Origin: an uncultured Chloroflexia bacterium
GTDB taxonomy: Bacteria > Chloroflexota > Limnocylindria > Limnocylindrales > CSP1-4
Reading direction: 5' to 3'
DNA length: 64,000 nt
NCBI GenBank assembly: GCA_963828165.1
Contig: CAWHDR010000001.1
Span: forward strand, 1 to 64,000
Made by a program: the position numbers and the translations under genes. Shown in pieces: positions 30,588-40,237 of the stretch. Numbering within the stretch: the first letter of the stretch is position 1; every line of letters starts with the position of its first letter. The notes beneath the pieces are model-generated. The model was not told the DNA's origin and did no database searches. It was given only the letters and a program-made list of their open reading frames with translations.

Positions 30588-31814
30588 TCACACGCGCTCG
30601 ACGGCCATCGCGACCGAGCCGCCGCCGCCCAGGCATAGCGTCGCGAGGCCGTAGCGGCCCTCCCGGCGGCCGAGCTCGTGGAGCAGCGTCGCGACGATCC
30701 GCGCGCCGCTGGCCCCGATCGGGTGACCCAGCGCGATCGCGCCGCCGTTCACGTTGACCTTGTCCCAGTCGAAGCCGAGCGCCCGCCCGTCGGCGAGGGT
30801 CTGGGCGGCGAATGCCTCGTTGATCTCGATGAGGTCGAACGCTTCGATCGGGAGTTCGATGCGATCGAGGAGCCGGCGGACGCCCTCGACCGGCGCGAGG
30901 AACAGCCATTTCGGGGCGACCTCGGCCTGGGCGTAGCCGACGATCCGCGCGAGCGGCTTGAGGCCGAGCCGCTCGACGGCGCGTTCCGAGGCGACGAGCG
31001 TGGCAGCCGCACCATCCGTGATGCCCGGGGCGTTGCCGGCCGTGACCGTGCCTTCGGTGGTGTCGCCGCGGTCCTCGCCATCGGGCAGCGCGAAGACGGG
31101 CTTCAGCTTCGCGAGGGCTTCCGCGGTCGAATCGCGTCGCGGCCCCTCGTCCGTCGTCACGACGATCTCGCGGCCCTTCGCGTCGCGGACGGTGACGGGC
31201 GCCATCTCCGCGTCGAAGCGGCCGCCATCGATGGCGGCGATCGCTTTCTGGTGGCTCGCGAGGGCGAACGCGTCCTGGTCCTCGCGACTGACGTGCTCGC
31301 TGATGGCAACGCGCTCGGCATGGGTGCCCATATGGCAGTCCTCGATCGAGCACCACAGGCCGTCGTTGACGGTCGAGTCGATCAGGTGGGCATTCCCGAG
31401 CCGGAGCCCGAACCTGGCGCCCGGCAGGACGTAGGGGGCGCCGTTCATCGATTCCATGCCGCCGGCGATGACGAGCTCGGCGTCGCCGGCACGGATCTCC
31501 GACGCGGCCAGCATGATGGCCTTGAGGCCCGAACCGCAGACGCGGTTGATCGTGGTGGCGCTCGTCGTGTCCGCCAGCCCGGCGTTGAGCACGGCCTGTC
31601 TGGCTGGCGCCTGTCCCACGCCGGCCTGGAGGACTTGGCCCATCAGGACGTCGTCGACTTCGATGGTGGCCGGGTCCAGGCCGGCACGCTCGACGGCGGC
31701 CCGGATCGCCACGCCCCCAAGTTCCGTCGCGGGCACCGTGCTCAGGGCGCCACCGAACTTGCCGATGGGCGTGCGAGCGGCACTGACGATGAACGTCTGG
31801 CCATTTCGTTGCAT
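30588..31814 (-). CDS. Acetyl-CoA C-acetyltransferase (thiolase)
   Basis: RTPIG, NRVCGSG, NEAFA, GHPIGASG, CLGGG. Confidence 0.95.
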   Translation of the reverse strand: MQRNGQTFIVSAARTPIGKFGGALSTVPATELGGVAIRAAVERAGLDPATIEVDDVLMGQVLQAGVGQAPARQAVLNAGLADTTSATTINRVCGSGLKAIMLAASEIRAGDAELVIAGGMESMNGAPYVLPGARFGLRLGNAHLIDSTVNDGLWCSIEDCHMGTHAERVAISEHVSREDQDAFALASHQKAIAAIDGGRFDAEMAPVTVRDAKGREIVVTTDEGPRRDSTAEALAKLKPVFALPDGEDRGDTTEGTVTAGNAPGITDGAAATLVASERAVERLGLKPLARIVGYAQAEVAPKWLFLAPVEGVRRLLDRIELPIEAFDLIEINEAFAAQTLADGRALGFDWDKVNVNGGAIALGHPIGASGARIVATLLHELGRREGRYGLATLCLGGGGSVAMAVERV

Positions 31815-31879
31815 GCCGGGATTCTACGCCGGTCCCTGCTGATAAGGACCCGGTGAGTGCCCGCGTCCAGACTCGCGCG

Positions 31880-32614
31880 ATGGATGATCAACGGATCGGG
31901 TGGTCCCTGCGTTCGATCCGGGTCCGGAAGCGTTGGCGGCAGGAAGATCTCGCGGCCCGAGCCAAGGTCTCCCGATGGGTGGTCATGCGTATCGAGCAGG
32001 GCCGACTGGCGTCCGTACCGCTCGGGAAGGTACGCGCTGTGGCTGGGGCGCTCGATGCGCGGGTCGATGCGGTCGTGCGTTGGCAGGGCGGTGACCTATC
32101 GCGGCTCGTCAGCGCTCGACACGCCCGGATGCACGAGATGATCGCCAGCTATCTCCGCGGCGTACCGGGCTGGCTCGTGGAACCCGAGGTCTCGTTCTCG
32201 ATCTACGGCGAGCGCGGAATCATCGACGTGCTCGCATGGCACCCGACCACCCGCATCCTTCTCGTGATCGAACTCAAGACAGAGATCGTCGACCTCAACG
32301 AGATGCTGGGAACGCTCGATCGCAAACGACGCCTTGCTTGGGCGATCGCGAAGGATCGGAAGTGGGAACCTGTCGCGGTTGGTACCTGGATCGTCGTGGC
32401 GGACAGCCGCACGAACCGGCGTACGGTAGCCGAGCACCGGGCCGTCCTTCGAGCCAAGCTCCCGACCGACGGTCGAGGGGTCGCCGGGTGGCTGCGGCGG
32501 CCGACCGGGCGCATCGATGCGCTCAGCTTCCTGCCAAATGTGCAAGGCCTGCACCTTGGCGTAGATCCAGCGCCAATTCGCCGCGTCGTCAGGCGCCAGT
32601 CGCGTCCAAGGTGA
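31880..32614 (+). CDS. XRE-type HTH fused to a PD-(D/E)XK nuclease-like domain
   Basis: LRSIRVRKRWRQEDLAARAKVSRWVVMRIEQG HTH; EPEVSF...GIIDVLAW...LVIELKT fits E..D..ExK. Confidence 0.8.
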   Translation: MDDQRIGWSLRSIRVRKRWRQEDLAARAKVSRWVVMRIEQGRLASVPLGKVRAVAGALDARVDAVVRWQGGDLSRLVSARHARMHEMIASYLRGVPGWLVEPEVSFSIYGERGIIDVLAWHPTTRILLVIELKTEIVDLNEMLGTLDRKRRLAWAIAKDRKWEPVAVGTWIVVADSRTNRRTVAEHRAVLRAKLPTDGRGVAGWLRRPTGRIDALSFLPNVQGLHLGVDPAPIRRVVRRQSRPR

Positions 32615-32724
32615 GTGAAGTCCAAGCGTGGACTGAGGCAGATCGGCTCTTTTCCGAGGCGCCAGCTTCGCCGGCAGGGCACCCAACCGCCGCCAAGGTG
32701 CAGGTGGCGCACGTATGACAGGAA
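32528..32724. repeat. Inverted doublet of ~32-bp hairpin (REP-like) units overlapping the nuclease 3' end
   Basis: 32528-32561 TTCCTGCCAAATGTGCAAGGCCTGCACCTTGGCG; 32691-32724 rc TTCCTGTCATACGTGCGCCACCTGCACCTTGGCG. Confidence 0.75.
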
Positions 32725-32772
32725 ACACGAGCCCGCTGGGCGATCACCAGCCGCTCCGGCCCGCTCGGCCCG

Positions 32773-32912
32773 CTGCAACCGGCGACTGGCCGCCGCGTGC
32801 CCGATGCGGCCCGCGACCTGGTCAGTGCCTAGCCGCCGGCCCCTGCAACCGGCGACTCGCCGCCGCGTGCCCGATGCGGCCCGCGACCTGGTCAGTGCCT
32901 AGCCGCCGGCCC
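32773..32912. repeat. 70-bp tandem duplication (2 copies)
   Basis: 32773-32842 and 32843-32912 differ at one position; the second copy includes the acyl-CoA dehydrogenase stop codon. Confidence 0.9.
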
Positions 32913-34062
32913 GCTTCAGGACTTCGCCCGCGACGATCTCGCGGTGGATCTGGTTCGTGCCCTCGTAGATCTGGGCGCCCTTGGCGTCGCGCATCAGGCG
33001 CTCCACCCCCGTCTCACGCGAATAGCCGCTCCCCCCGAACAGCTGGACCGCGTCGGTCGCGACCCGCATCGCCGTGTCGGACGCTGTCCACTTGGCGAGG
33101 GAGGACACCTCGGCCAGGGGCTCGCCGCGATCCTTGGCCGCCGCGGCCTCCCGGGTGAGCGCCCGCGCGGCCGCCACGTCCCGGGCCATCTCGGCGAGCA
33201 TGAATCGCAGGCCTTGCTGGTCCGACAGCGGCCCCCCGAACGCCTGCCGCTCCCCCAGGAAGCCCGCGGCGGCCTCGAGACCGGCCCGTGCCAACCCCAC
33301 GCACGCGGCCGCGATCGAGATCCTGCCCTCCCCCAGCGCAGAGAGGGCGATCCGGTACCCGTCCCCTTCCGCACCAAGACGGTTCGCGACGGGCACCTCG
33401 CAGCCCTCGAAGACCAGCTCTGCTGCCGGGCAGCCCCGGATCCCCATCTTTCGCTCGTGCGCCCCGAACCGGAACCCGGGCGTGCCCTTCTCCACGAGGA
33501 AGGCCGTGATCCCGGCGGCTCCGGCGTCTGGATCCGCGGTCGCGAACACGAGGTAGCGCTCCGCCTCCGGCGCGTTGGAGATCCAGATCTTCGTGCCGGT
33601 CAGCCGGTACGCCTCCGGCGCGTCCACCGGCCCAACCCGCTCCGCCCGTGTCCGGATCGCGGCAGCATCGGATCCCGCGTGCGGTTCGGTCAAGGCGAAG
33701 GCCCCCAGCGCCTCCCCGGCCTGCATCGCGGGCAGCCAGCGCTCGCGCTGTTCGTCGGTGCCCCAGGTCACGACCGGGTACTGCGACAGGATGTGGACGG
33801 AGAGCGACACGGCCATCGCCATGTCCGCGGCGCCCAGCTCCTCCATGACCAGCGTCCATCCCAGGTACGAGAACCCGGCTCCTCCCACGGCGGCGGGGAA
33901 GGGCGCAGCGGTCAACCCCAAGGTGCCCATCGCAGTGAACAGGGAGCGGTCGTAGCGCTCGGCCTCGTCGCGCTCGATCGCGCCCGGGGCAACCTCCCGC
34001 TGGGCGAACTCGCGAGCGGTCGCCTGGAGCAGTCGTTCCTCGTCCGTCAGCGCCGAGCCCAC
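32899..34062 (-). CDS. Acyl-CoA dehydrogenase (short-chain type)
   Basis: FALTEPHAGSD, GTKIWISN, KMGIRG, GRISIAA, RQAFG, QIYEGTNQI. Confidence 0.95.
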   Translation of the reverse strand: MGSALTDEERLLQATAREFAQREVAPGAIERDEAERYDRSLFTAMGTLGLTAAPFPAAVGGAGFSYLGWTLVMEELGAADMAMAVSLSVHILSQYPVVTWGTDEQRERWLPAMQAGEALGAFALTEPHAGSDAAAIRTRAERVGPVDAPEAYRLTGTKIWISNAPEAERYLVFATADPDAGAAGITAFLVEKGTPGFRFGAHERKMGIRGCPAAELVFEGCEVPVANRLGAEGDGYRIALSALGEGRISIAAACVGLARAGLEAAAGFLGERQAFGGPLSDQQGLRFMLAEMARDVAAARALTREAAAAKDRGEPLAEVSSLAKWTASDTAMRVATDAVQLFGGSGYSRETGVERLMRDAKGAQIYEGTNQIHREIVAGEVLKRAGG

Positions 34063-34080
34063 GCGGGCTAGGATAGCGGC

Positions 34081-36771
34081 GTGCGAGAGCCGGGCGCGCC
34101 TGCCGATCACCCAGACGCCGCGGACCCCGCAGGTGCCACCACACTTCCGGCCGACGTCCCTTCAGGTTCCCCCGACCCGGTCGACGCGTTGAGCGTCCGC
34201 CTCGATCGGGAGCTGTCGCTGCTGGGCTCGCTGGCGACCGCCACCGGCGAGGCCCGGTCGCAGGCGACCCTGGCGCAGCGCGCACTCGACACCGTCATGT
34301 CGACGACGAGCGCGGATCATGGCTCGATCGTCCTGGCCGACGGCCCGGTCGGAAAGATGGCCGCGGTCAGGAACGTGCCTCCCGCCCTCGAGCACATCGC
34401 CGGTGATGTGGCGTGGTCAGATTCGCCGGGCATCCGGGCGCTCACGCCGATCGGCAGCGTGGTCCGCGGATCGGTCGATCGCCTGCCGCTCGACCCGGTT
34501 ACGCGGCGCGAGCTGATCGATGCCGGAATCCGCTCGTTGCTCCTCGTCGGGCTGCATCGCGAGGACGAACTGATCGGCGTCCTCAGTCTCGCGTGGGGTG
34601 AGGACGACGTGCCACTCCCGTCCGAGGCCCTCGCCCGGCTCGCGGCGACCACGATCGCCCGCGGCCTCGAGAACGCGAGGCTCGCCGAGGAGATCGTCCG
34701 GCGCAACGACGACAGACGCACGACCTCGGATCGATCGCGCAAGATCGACGACCTGGCCCGAGCTGGCGCGTCGGTCCGCTCGCTCGACGAGCTGGTCGAC
34801 CGATCGAGTCGGCTCATCAACAAGGCGCTCGGTGCGGCCGGGACGATGTACGCCCTCGTGGCATCCGACGGCGTCTCGTACGATCCATCCACCGTCGTCG
34901 CCGTCGATCCATCGATCGAGCGGTGGCTCCGGACGCACAGACCCGATCTCAGTTCTGCGTTCCTGCGCTGGCGGGCGGGAGAGGGGGCCTATCTCAGCGC
35001 CCTGGAACCGGGGGTCGTCTCCGCCACGGATATCGGCCTGGCGCGCGAGGCCGGCATCTCGTCCTACGCCGTCATGCCGATCCGCGTCGGGGAGGACGTG
35101 GTCGGCGCCGTGGCCTCCTACTTCGATCGCCCGATCACGGAGCTCCGCCTCGACCGACAGGATCTCGAACGCGTCGCTTCGATCGCATCCGTGGTGCTCG
35201 AGAACTTCCGGCTGCGGGAGCAGCTGGTGGGGGCAGACGAACGCTTTCGAGCGCTGTTCGCCGGTTCCCGCAGCCCCATGCTGCTGGCGTTGCAGGACGG
35301 CACCCTCGTGGATGCGAACGATGCGGCCCTGCGGCTCTTCGGATCCGAGCGGGAGTGGCTACTCGGCCGCCGACCCGAAGAGGTCGCGGCGTACGACTTC
35401 GAGCTGATCGCGACGCGACTCGAGGGCTTGCAGTTGGGCAAATCGTTCGCGGGGTCCGCGACGGTCATCCGTCGGGATGGGCGTCGACTCCCAGTCGAGG
35501 TCGAGACGACGCTTGTCCTGGTGGAAGGGGAGCCCCAATTCCTCGCCCGCATCGACGATCTCAGCGACCAGGAACGGCTGCAGAGCGAGCTCGTTGCGGC
35601 GCAGAAGATGGAGCTGGCCGGCCGCCTGGCGCCGGGAGTCGCCCACGAGCTCAGCAACCCGTTGGCGGCGATCGTTGGGTTCAGCCAGCTCATCCGCCGC
35701 GACCCGTCCCTGCCGGAGGACCTTCGGCATAACGCAGAGCTCTTGGTGGCGGAGGCCCAGCGGACCCAGGACATCGCCGGCAACCTGCTGGATTTTCTGA
35801 CCCACCGTCCGCCGGAGAGGCGCTCGACGCCCATCCGCGCCCTGATCGACAGCGTGCTCCGCCTGCAGGCCAGCAGTCTTGGCGCGGGCACGATCGAAGT
35901 CGAGGTCGGTGTCCCCGACGACCTCCCGCCGGTCGAGCTTGATCGGGGCCATCTCCAGCAGGTCCTCGTCAACCTGACCCGTAACGCGATCGAGGCCCTT
36001 GGGTCGGGCACGGGTCGCAAGATCGGGATCAACGCGGTTCGAGAAGGGCGATCCGGCGTCGACGAGCGGGTCCGGATCACCGTCGTGGACGACGGCGACG
36101 GCGTCGCACCCGAGCACGTGGACCGGCTGTTCGAGGCGTTCTTCACCACCAAGCCACCCGGCGAGGGCAGCGGTCTCGGCTTATCGGTATCGCAGGCCAT
36201 CGTGCGATCGCATGGCGGCGATCTGCGGTTTGCTCCATCCCCATCGCGAAGGGGCGCCGCGTTCACGTTCGACCTGCCGGTCCGGGCCACCTCGAAGGAG
36301 GGTGCCGTCGCCCCGTCGGCCTCAGGACGTGCGGGCGGGGGCGCGCCGGCCACGGGATCGGCCGCGGTCGCCCCCACCGTCGCGAGTGGCGGACGCGTCC
36401 TGGTCCTGGACGACGATCCGACCTTCCGTGCCTTCCTGGAGAAGGCCCTCGCCGCCCTCGGGTATGAGCCCGTGATCGCGGCCCGGGGGCCGGAGGCAGT
36501 GGACCTCGCGAGGGATGGCGACCCCGCGGCCATCCTGTGCGACCACCAGATGGTCGGCATGTCCGGGATCCAGGTCTACGAGGCCGTCGTCGGCAACCGG
36601 CCAGACCTGGCGAGGCGGTTCGTGATGATGAGCGGCGATGTGCTCGATCCGGCACTGGAGACGTTCGCGGCGACCCACGAGATGACGCGTCTGGCCAAGC
36701 CGTTCGATCTCGCCACGCTCGACCTCACGCTCCGCCGCGTGATGCGCGAGGGAGATCAGTCGCGCGGGTAG
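34081..36771 (+). CDS. Hybrid sensor histidine kinase (GAF-GAF-PAS-HisKA-HATPase-REC)
   Basis: GVAHELSNPL, QVLVNLTRNA, DDGDG, FFTTK..GEGSGLGL, C-terminal VLVLDDD...CDHQM...KPF. Confidence 0.92.
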   Translation: MREPGAPADHPDAADPAGATTLPADVPSGSPDPVDALSVRLDRELSLLGSLATATGEARSQATLAQRALDTVMSTTSADHGSIVLADGPVGKMAAVRNVPPALEHIAGDVAWSDSPGIRALTPIGSVVRGSVDRLPLDPVTRRELIDAGIRSLLLVGLHREDELIGVLSLAWGEDDVPLPSEALARLAATTIARGLENARLAEEIVRRNDDRRTTSDRSRKIDDLARAGASVRSLDELVDRSSRLINKALGAAGTMYALVASDGVSYDPSTVVAVDPSIERWLRTHRPDLSSAFLRWRAGEGAYLSALEPGVVSATDIGLAREAGISSYAVMPIRVGEDVVGAVASYFDRPITELRLDRQDLERVASIASVVLENFRLREQLVGADERFRALFAGSRSPMLLALQDGTLVDANDAALRLFGSEREWLLGRRPEEVAAYDFELIATRLEGLQLGKSFAGSATVIRRDGRRLPVEVETTLVLVEGEPQFLARIDDLSDQERLQSELVAAQKMELAGRLAPGVAHELSNPLAAIVGFSQLIRRDPSLPEDLRHNAELLVAEAQRTQDIAGNLLDFLTHRPPERRSTPIRALIDSVLRLQASSLGAGTIEVEVGVPDDLPPVELDRGHLQQVLVNLTRNAIEALGSGTGRKIGINAVREGRSGVDERVRITVVDDGDGVAPEHVDRLFEAFFTTKPPGEGSGLGLSVSQAIVRSHGGDLRFAPSPSRRGAAFTFDLPVRATSKEGAVAPSASGRAGGGAPATGSAAVAPTVASGGRVLVLDDDPTFRAFLEKALAALGYEPVIAARGPEAVDLARDGDPAAILCDHQMVGMSGIQVYEAVVGNRPDLARRFVMMSGDVLDPALETFAATHEMTRLAKPFDLATLDLTLRRVMREGDQSRG

Positions 36772-37619
36772 GTGTAGAAGCCTCGTCCTGTCTTCTGCCC
36801 GAGTTTCCCGGCCTCTACGAGCTCCACCAGCACGCGTGGCGGGCGCATGTGCTCGAGCCCCAGGCCGTCCTCCAGAACGCGCATGATCCCGAGACAGACA
36901 TCGAGCCCGATGAAGTCGGCGAGCTCGAGTGGCCCCATCGGATGGTTCAGCCCGATGCGCGCACCGGCATCGATGTCCTCCGCGCTCCCGACCCCCTCCT
37001 CGTAGGCCCGCATCGCCTCCCCGAGGAACGGCATGAGGATGCGGTTCACGATGAACCCCGGCCGGTCGATGGACACGATGACCTGCTTGCCGAGCTCACC
37101 GGACAGCGCACGCACGGCCTCGACGACCTCGTCCGTCGTCGATTCGGCTCGGATGAGCTCGACGAGCGGCATGACCGGGACGGGGCTGAAGAAATGCATC
37201 CCGATGAACCGGGAGCGGCGCGCAGGCTCGACCGCCTCAGCAAGCCGATGGATCGCGATCGAGCTCGTGTTCGAGGCGAAGATCGCGTGCGGCGGCGCAT
37301 GACGGTCGAGCTCCCGCCACAGCTCGGTCTTGACGGCCGCGTCCTCGAAGACCGCTTCGATGGAGAGGTCGGCTCCCGCGACTGCACCGATGTCGGCGGT
37401 CGGCTCGATCCGGGCCAGCGTCGTCTCTCGTTCGTCCGGCGTAAGGCGGCCCTTGTCCACGGCACGCTGGAGGTTCCCCGCGATACGTTCCCTGCCCGCC
37501 GTGGCCCGGGCGAGCTCGGGTTCGTACAGCGCGACGTGCTTGCCGATGGCGGCGTGGACCTGGGCGATGCCATGGCCCATCAGCCCGGCACCGGCCACGA
37601 ATACACGCTCGATCGTCAC
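36756..37619 (-). CDS. hbd: 3-hydroxybutyryl-CoA dehydrogenase
   Basis: GAGLMGHGIAQ, SNTSS, GMHFFSP, PGFIVNR, HPMGPL, GQKTGRGFY. Confidence 0.9.
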   Translation of the reverse strand: MTIERVFVAGAGLMGHGIAQVHAAIGKHVALYEPELARATAGRERIAGNLQRAVDKGRLTPDERETTLARIEPTADIGAVAGADLSIEAVFEDAAVKTELWRELDRHAPPHAIFASNTSSIAIHRLAEAVEPARRSRFIGMHFFSPVPVMPLVELIRAESTTDEVVEAVRALSGELGKQVIVSIDRPGFIVNRILMPFLGEAMRAYEEGVGSAEDIDAGARIGLNHPMGPLELADFIGLDVCLGIMRVLEDGLGLEHMRPPRVLVELVEAGKLGQKTGRGFYTYPRD

Positions 37620-38812
37620 CCCGGAAGCGTACCCGGTGACCGCACGACGGGCCGTACGAGTGTTGCTCGCACGAGCCTGAGGAGCACGCTCCCGCCGAAC
37701 GCGAAGAACGCCGACGCGATGAAGATGCCGCCGAACCCGATCGATCCCACCAGCATCCCCAGGATCGCGGGCGACATCCCGAACGAGAGGTCCACGAACG
37801 CCGTCGTGGTCCCGACGACGGTCCCCCGCTCCGTCTCATCCACGCGTGCCACGGCAAGCGCCATGAGGGCCGGGAACAGGAAGGCGATCCCGAACGCGAA
37901 GATGGCCGTCCCGACGTAGACCCCGATCGGACTGCCGACCAGACCGAGCACGCCGAGCCCGAGGGCGGAACCCACCAGCGCGACCCCCGACAGGCGAGCC
38001 GCGCCGACCTGGTCGGGGAGCTTCGCAAAGACGATCCGGAGCACGACCACGATGAGCGCGTACATCGCAAACGGAATCCCAGCCCCGCCCATCCCGAGCT
38101 CGGTCGTGTAGAGCGGAAGGAACGCGAAGTATGCCGCCATGCCCCAGGTGCCGGTCATGATCAGGAAGCCCGGCAGGAAGCCGGCAGGATGGATGAGTGG
38201 CGTGCGCGGTGGCCGTTCGCCGGTCTCGCGCTGGCGCAGCGTGCCGGGTGCGGTCTCCGGCACGAGCAGCGTCAGCAGGGTCGCGACGCCCGCCATCGCC
38301 GCGGCCGCAAGCCACACCGCGTCGAACCCGGCCAGGCCGAGGATCGTTTCACCGAGGAACGGGCCGAACGCCAAACCCAGGTAGACCGCGAGCGAGCCGA
38401 TGTTGATGGCCTCGCCACGACGCTCTGGTGGGGCGAGGTCGCTGACCGCGGCGAGGAGCGCCACGAAGAAGAAGGCCTCGGCGATCCCGAGCAGCGACCG
38501 GGCGACCACGAACAGCGGCAACGTCGTGGCGACCAGGTGGAACAGCAGCGCGACGACCGTCAGCAGGCCGCCCAGCACCAGCAGCGGCCGCCGGCCGAAG
38601 CGATCCGAGGCCCAACCGACCACGGGACGCAGCGCGAGGGCCGCGATCGCGAAGGCGCCGATCGAGATGCCGACACCGGTCGCATCGGCATGCAGCGGGC
38701 CGGCAGCGAAACGGGAGGCCACGGGCAGCACGACGTTGCCGGAGGTGAAGAACACGAGCGCGGCCGCGAACAGCGCGGCGAACGCCGGTGTGAAGAGCCG
38801 CGGCGATGTCAT
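37616..38812 (-). CDS. MFS transporter
   Basis: GWASDRFGRR motif A; ~12 TM segments. Confidence 0.92.
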   Translation of the reverse strand: MTSPRLFTPAFAALFAAALVFFTSGNVVLPVASRFAAGPLHADATGVGISIGAFAIAALALRPVVGWASDRFGRRPLLVLGGLLTVVALLFHLVATTLPLFVVARSLLGIAEAFFFVALLAAVSDLAPPERRGEAINIGSLAVYLGLAFGPFLGETILGLAGFDAVWLAAAAMAGVATLLTLLVPETAPGTLRQRETGERPPRTPLIHPAGFLPGFLIMTGTWGMAAYFAFLPLYTTELGMGGAGIPFAMYALIVVVLRIVFAKLPDQVGAARLSGVALVGSALGLGVLGLVGSPIGVYVGTAIFAFGIAFLFPALMALAVARVDETERGTVVGTTTAFVDLSFGMSPAILGMLVGSIGFGGIFIASAFFAFGGSVLLRLVRATLVRPVVRSPGTLPG

Positions 38813-39801
38813 CCGGCCCGGAGCTCCCTGAGCAGCCGGTCGGCGGCGGCATACGGGTCGAGCCGATGGGCCGCGACGTCCTCGAGGACGGCCTCGGTGC
38901 TCACCGCGCGTTCCGGCGCGACCAGCGAGGCGCGGAGCCGCTCGCCCAGGATGGCCCACACCTGCGCCTCCGCGCGCGTCCGCCGTGCGCCACCGCTCTC
39001 CTTCGCGCGGCCGGTTGCTCGGTGCCGGTCCAGCGCTGCCAGGAGCTCGGGCACGCCCTCGCCCGTGGAGGCCGTCGTGACCATGACCTCGGGGCGCTTC
39101 GGTGTCGGTCGATCCGTGGGCGTCCGCGCAACGGTCGGGACGAGCATCGCGCGGAGCTGCGCGGCCGTCCGCAACGCCCCGGGCTTGTCTCCCTTGTTGA
39201 CGACGACCAGGTCCGCGACCTCGAGCAGGCCGGCCTTGATCGCCTGGACCTCGTCGCCCATCTCGGGGGCCTCCAGGACGACGGTCGTGTCGGCGGCCGC
39301 GGCGACCTCGACCTCGCTCTGGCCGGTCCCGACGGTCTCGATGAGCACGAGATCGAACCCCGCGGCATCGAGCACCGCGGCGGCGGTCGTCGTCGTCGAG
39401 GCGAGGCCCCCGGCGTGTCCGCGCGACGCCATCGAGCGGATGAAGACGTCGCCATCGCCGGCGTACGACTGCATCCGCACACGGTCGCCGAGCAACGCGC
39501 CGCCGGTGATCGGCGAAGACGGATCGACCGCCACGACGGCAACGGCTCGGCCGGCCGCCCGGACCACGCCGATCAGCGCGGCCACGAGCGTGGACTTGCC
39601 CGAGCCCGGCGGCCCGGTGATCCCGACGAGGTGGGCCTTGCCGGCGACCGGATACAACCGCCGCAGCGCCGCCTCGGCGAGTGGTGTCCGGTTCTCGACG
39701 GCGGTCAGGAGCCTAGCCAGCGCTCCGCGATCGCCGGCCATCGCTGCATCGGCCAGCTCCGTCGCCCGGCTCGAGACCTGGGGAGTGGCGTCCTCCCCCA
39801 C
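38809..39801 (-). CDS. meaB: Acyl-CoA mutase-associated GTPase MeaB/ArgK
   Basis: GPPGSGKST, DPSSPITGGALLGDRVRM, ETVGTGQSE, KAGLLE, NKGD. Confidence 0.93.
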   Translation of the reverse strand: MGEDATPQVSSRATELADAAMAGDRGALARLLTAVENRTPLAEAALRRLYPVAGKAHLVGITGPPGSGKSTLVAALIGVVRAAGRAVAVVAVDPSSPITGGALLGDRVRMQSYAGDGDVFIRSMASRGHAGGLASTTTTAAAVLDAAGFDLVLIETVGTGQSEVEVAAAADTTVVLEAPEMGDEVQAIKAGLLEVADLVVVNKGDKPGALRTAAQLRAMLVPTVARTPTDRPTPKRPEVMVTTASTGEGVPELLAALDRHRATGRAKESGGARRTRAEAQVWAILGERLRASLVAPERAVSTEAVLEDVAAHRLDPYAAADRLLRELRAG

Positions 39802-39802
39802 C

Positions 39803-40207
39803 CTAGTCGCGCGGCCGTGCGTTGGCTCGCAGGAACTCCGCGACCGCGGCGATCGTCGTGCCCGGGCCGAACACCGCCGCGACCCCCGCGTCGCGCAGTG
39901 GCTGGACGTCGTCGTCGGGGATGATGCCGCCGACGGTGACCAGGACGTCACTGAGGCCGGACTCGGCCAGCAGCTTCGTGATGCGCGGCACGAGCGTCAT
40001 GTGCGCACCGGACAGGATCGACAGGCCGACCACGTCGACGTCTTCCTGGAGCGCGGCCGTGGCGACCATCTCGGGCGTCTGGCGAAGCCCGGTGTAAACG
40101 ACTTCGAATCCTTCATCGCGCAGCCCGCGCGCGAGCACTTTCGCCCCGCGGTCGTGGCCGTCCAATCCGGGCTTCGCGATCAGCACCTTGAGCGGTCGAT
40201 CGGTCAT
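39803..40207 (-). CDS. B12-binding small subunit of an acyl-CoA mutase (IcmB/MCM C-terminal domain)
   Basis: [10 protein letters not shown] (DxHxxG), [19 protein letters not shown]. Confidence 0.93.
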   Translation of the reverse strand: MTDRPLKVLIAKPGLDGHDRGAKVLARGLRDEGFEVVYTGLRQTPEMVATAALQEDVDVVGLSILSGAHMTLVPRITKLLAESGLSDVLVTVGGIIPDDDVQPLRDAGVAAVFGPGTTIAAVAEFLRANARPRD

Positions 40208-40237
40208 GCCCGGATTGTATGGGACGGCCACGCTCTC

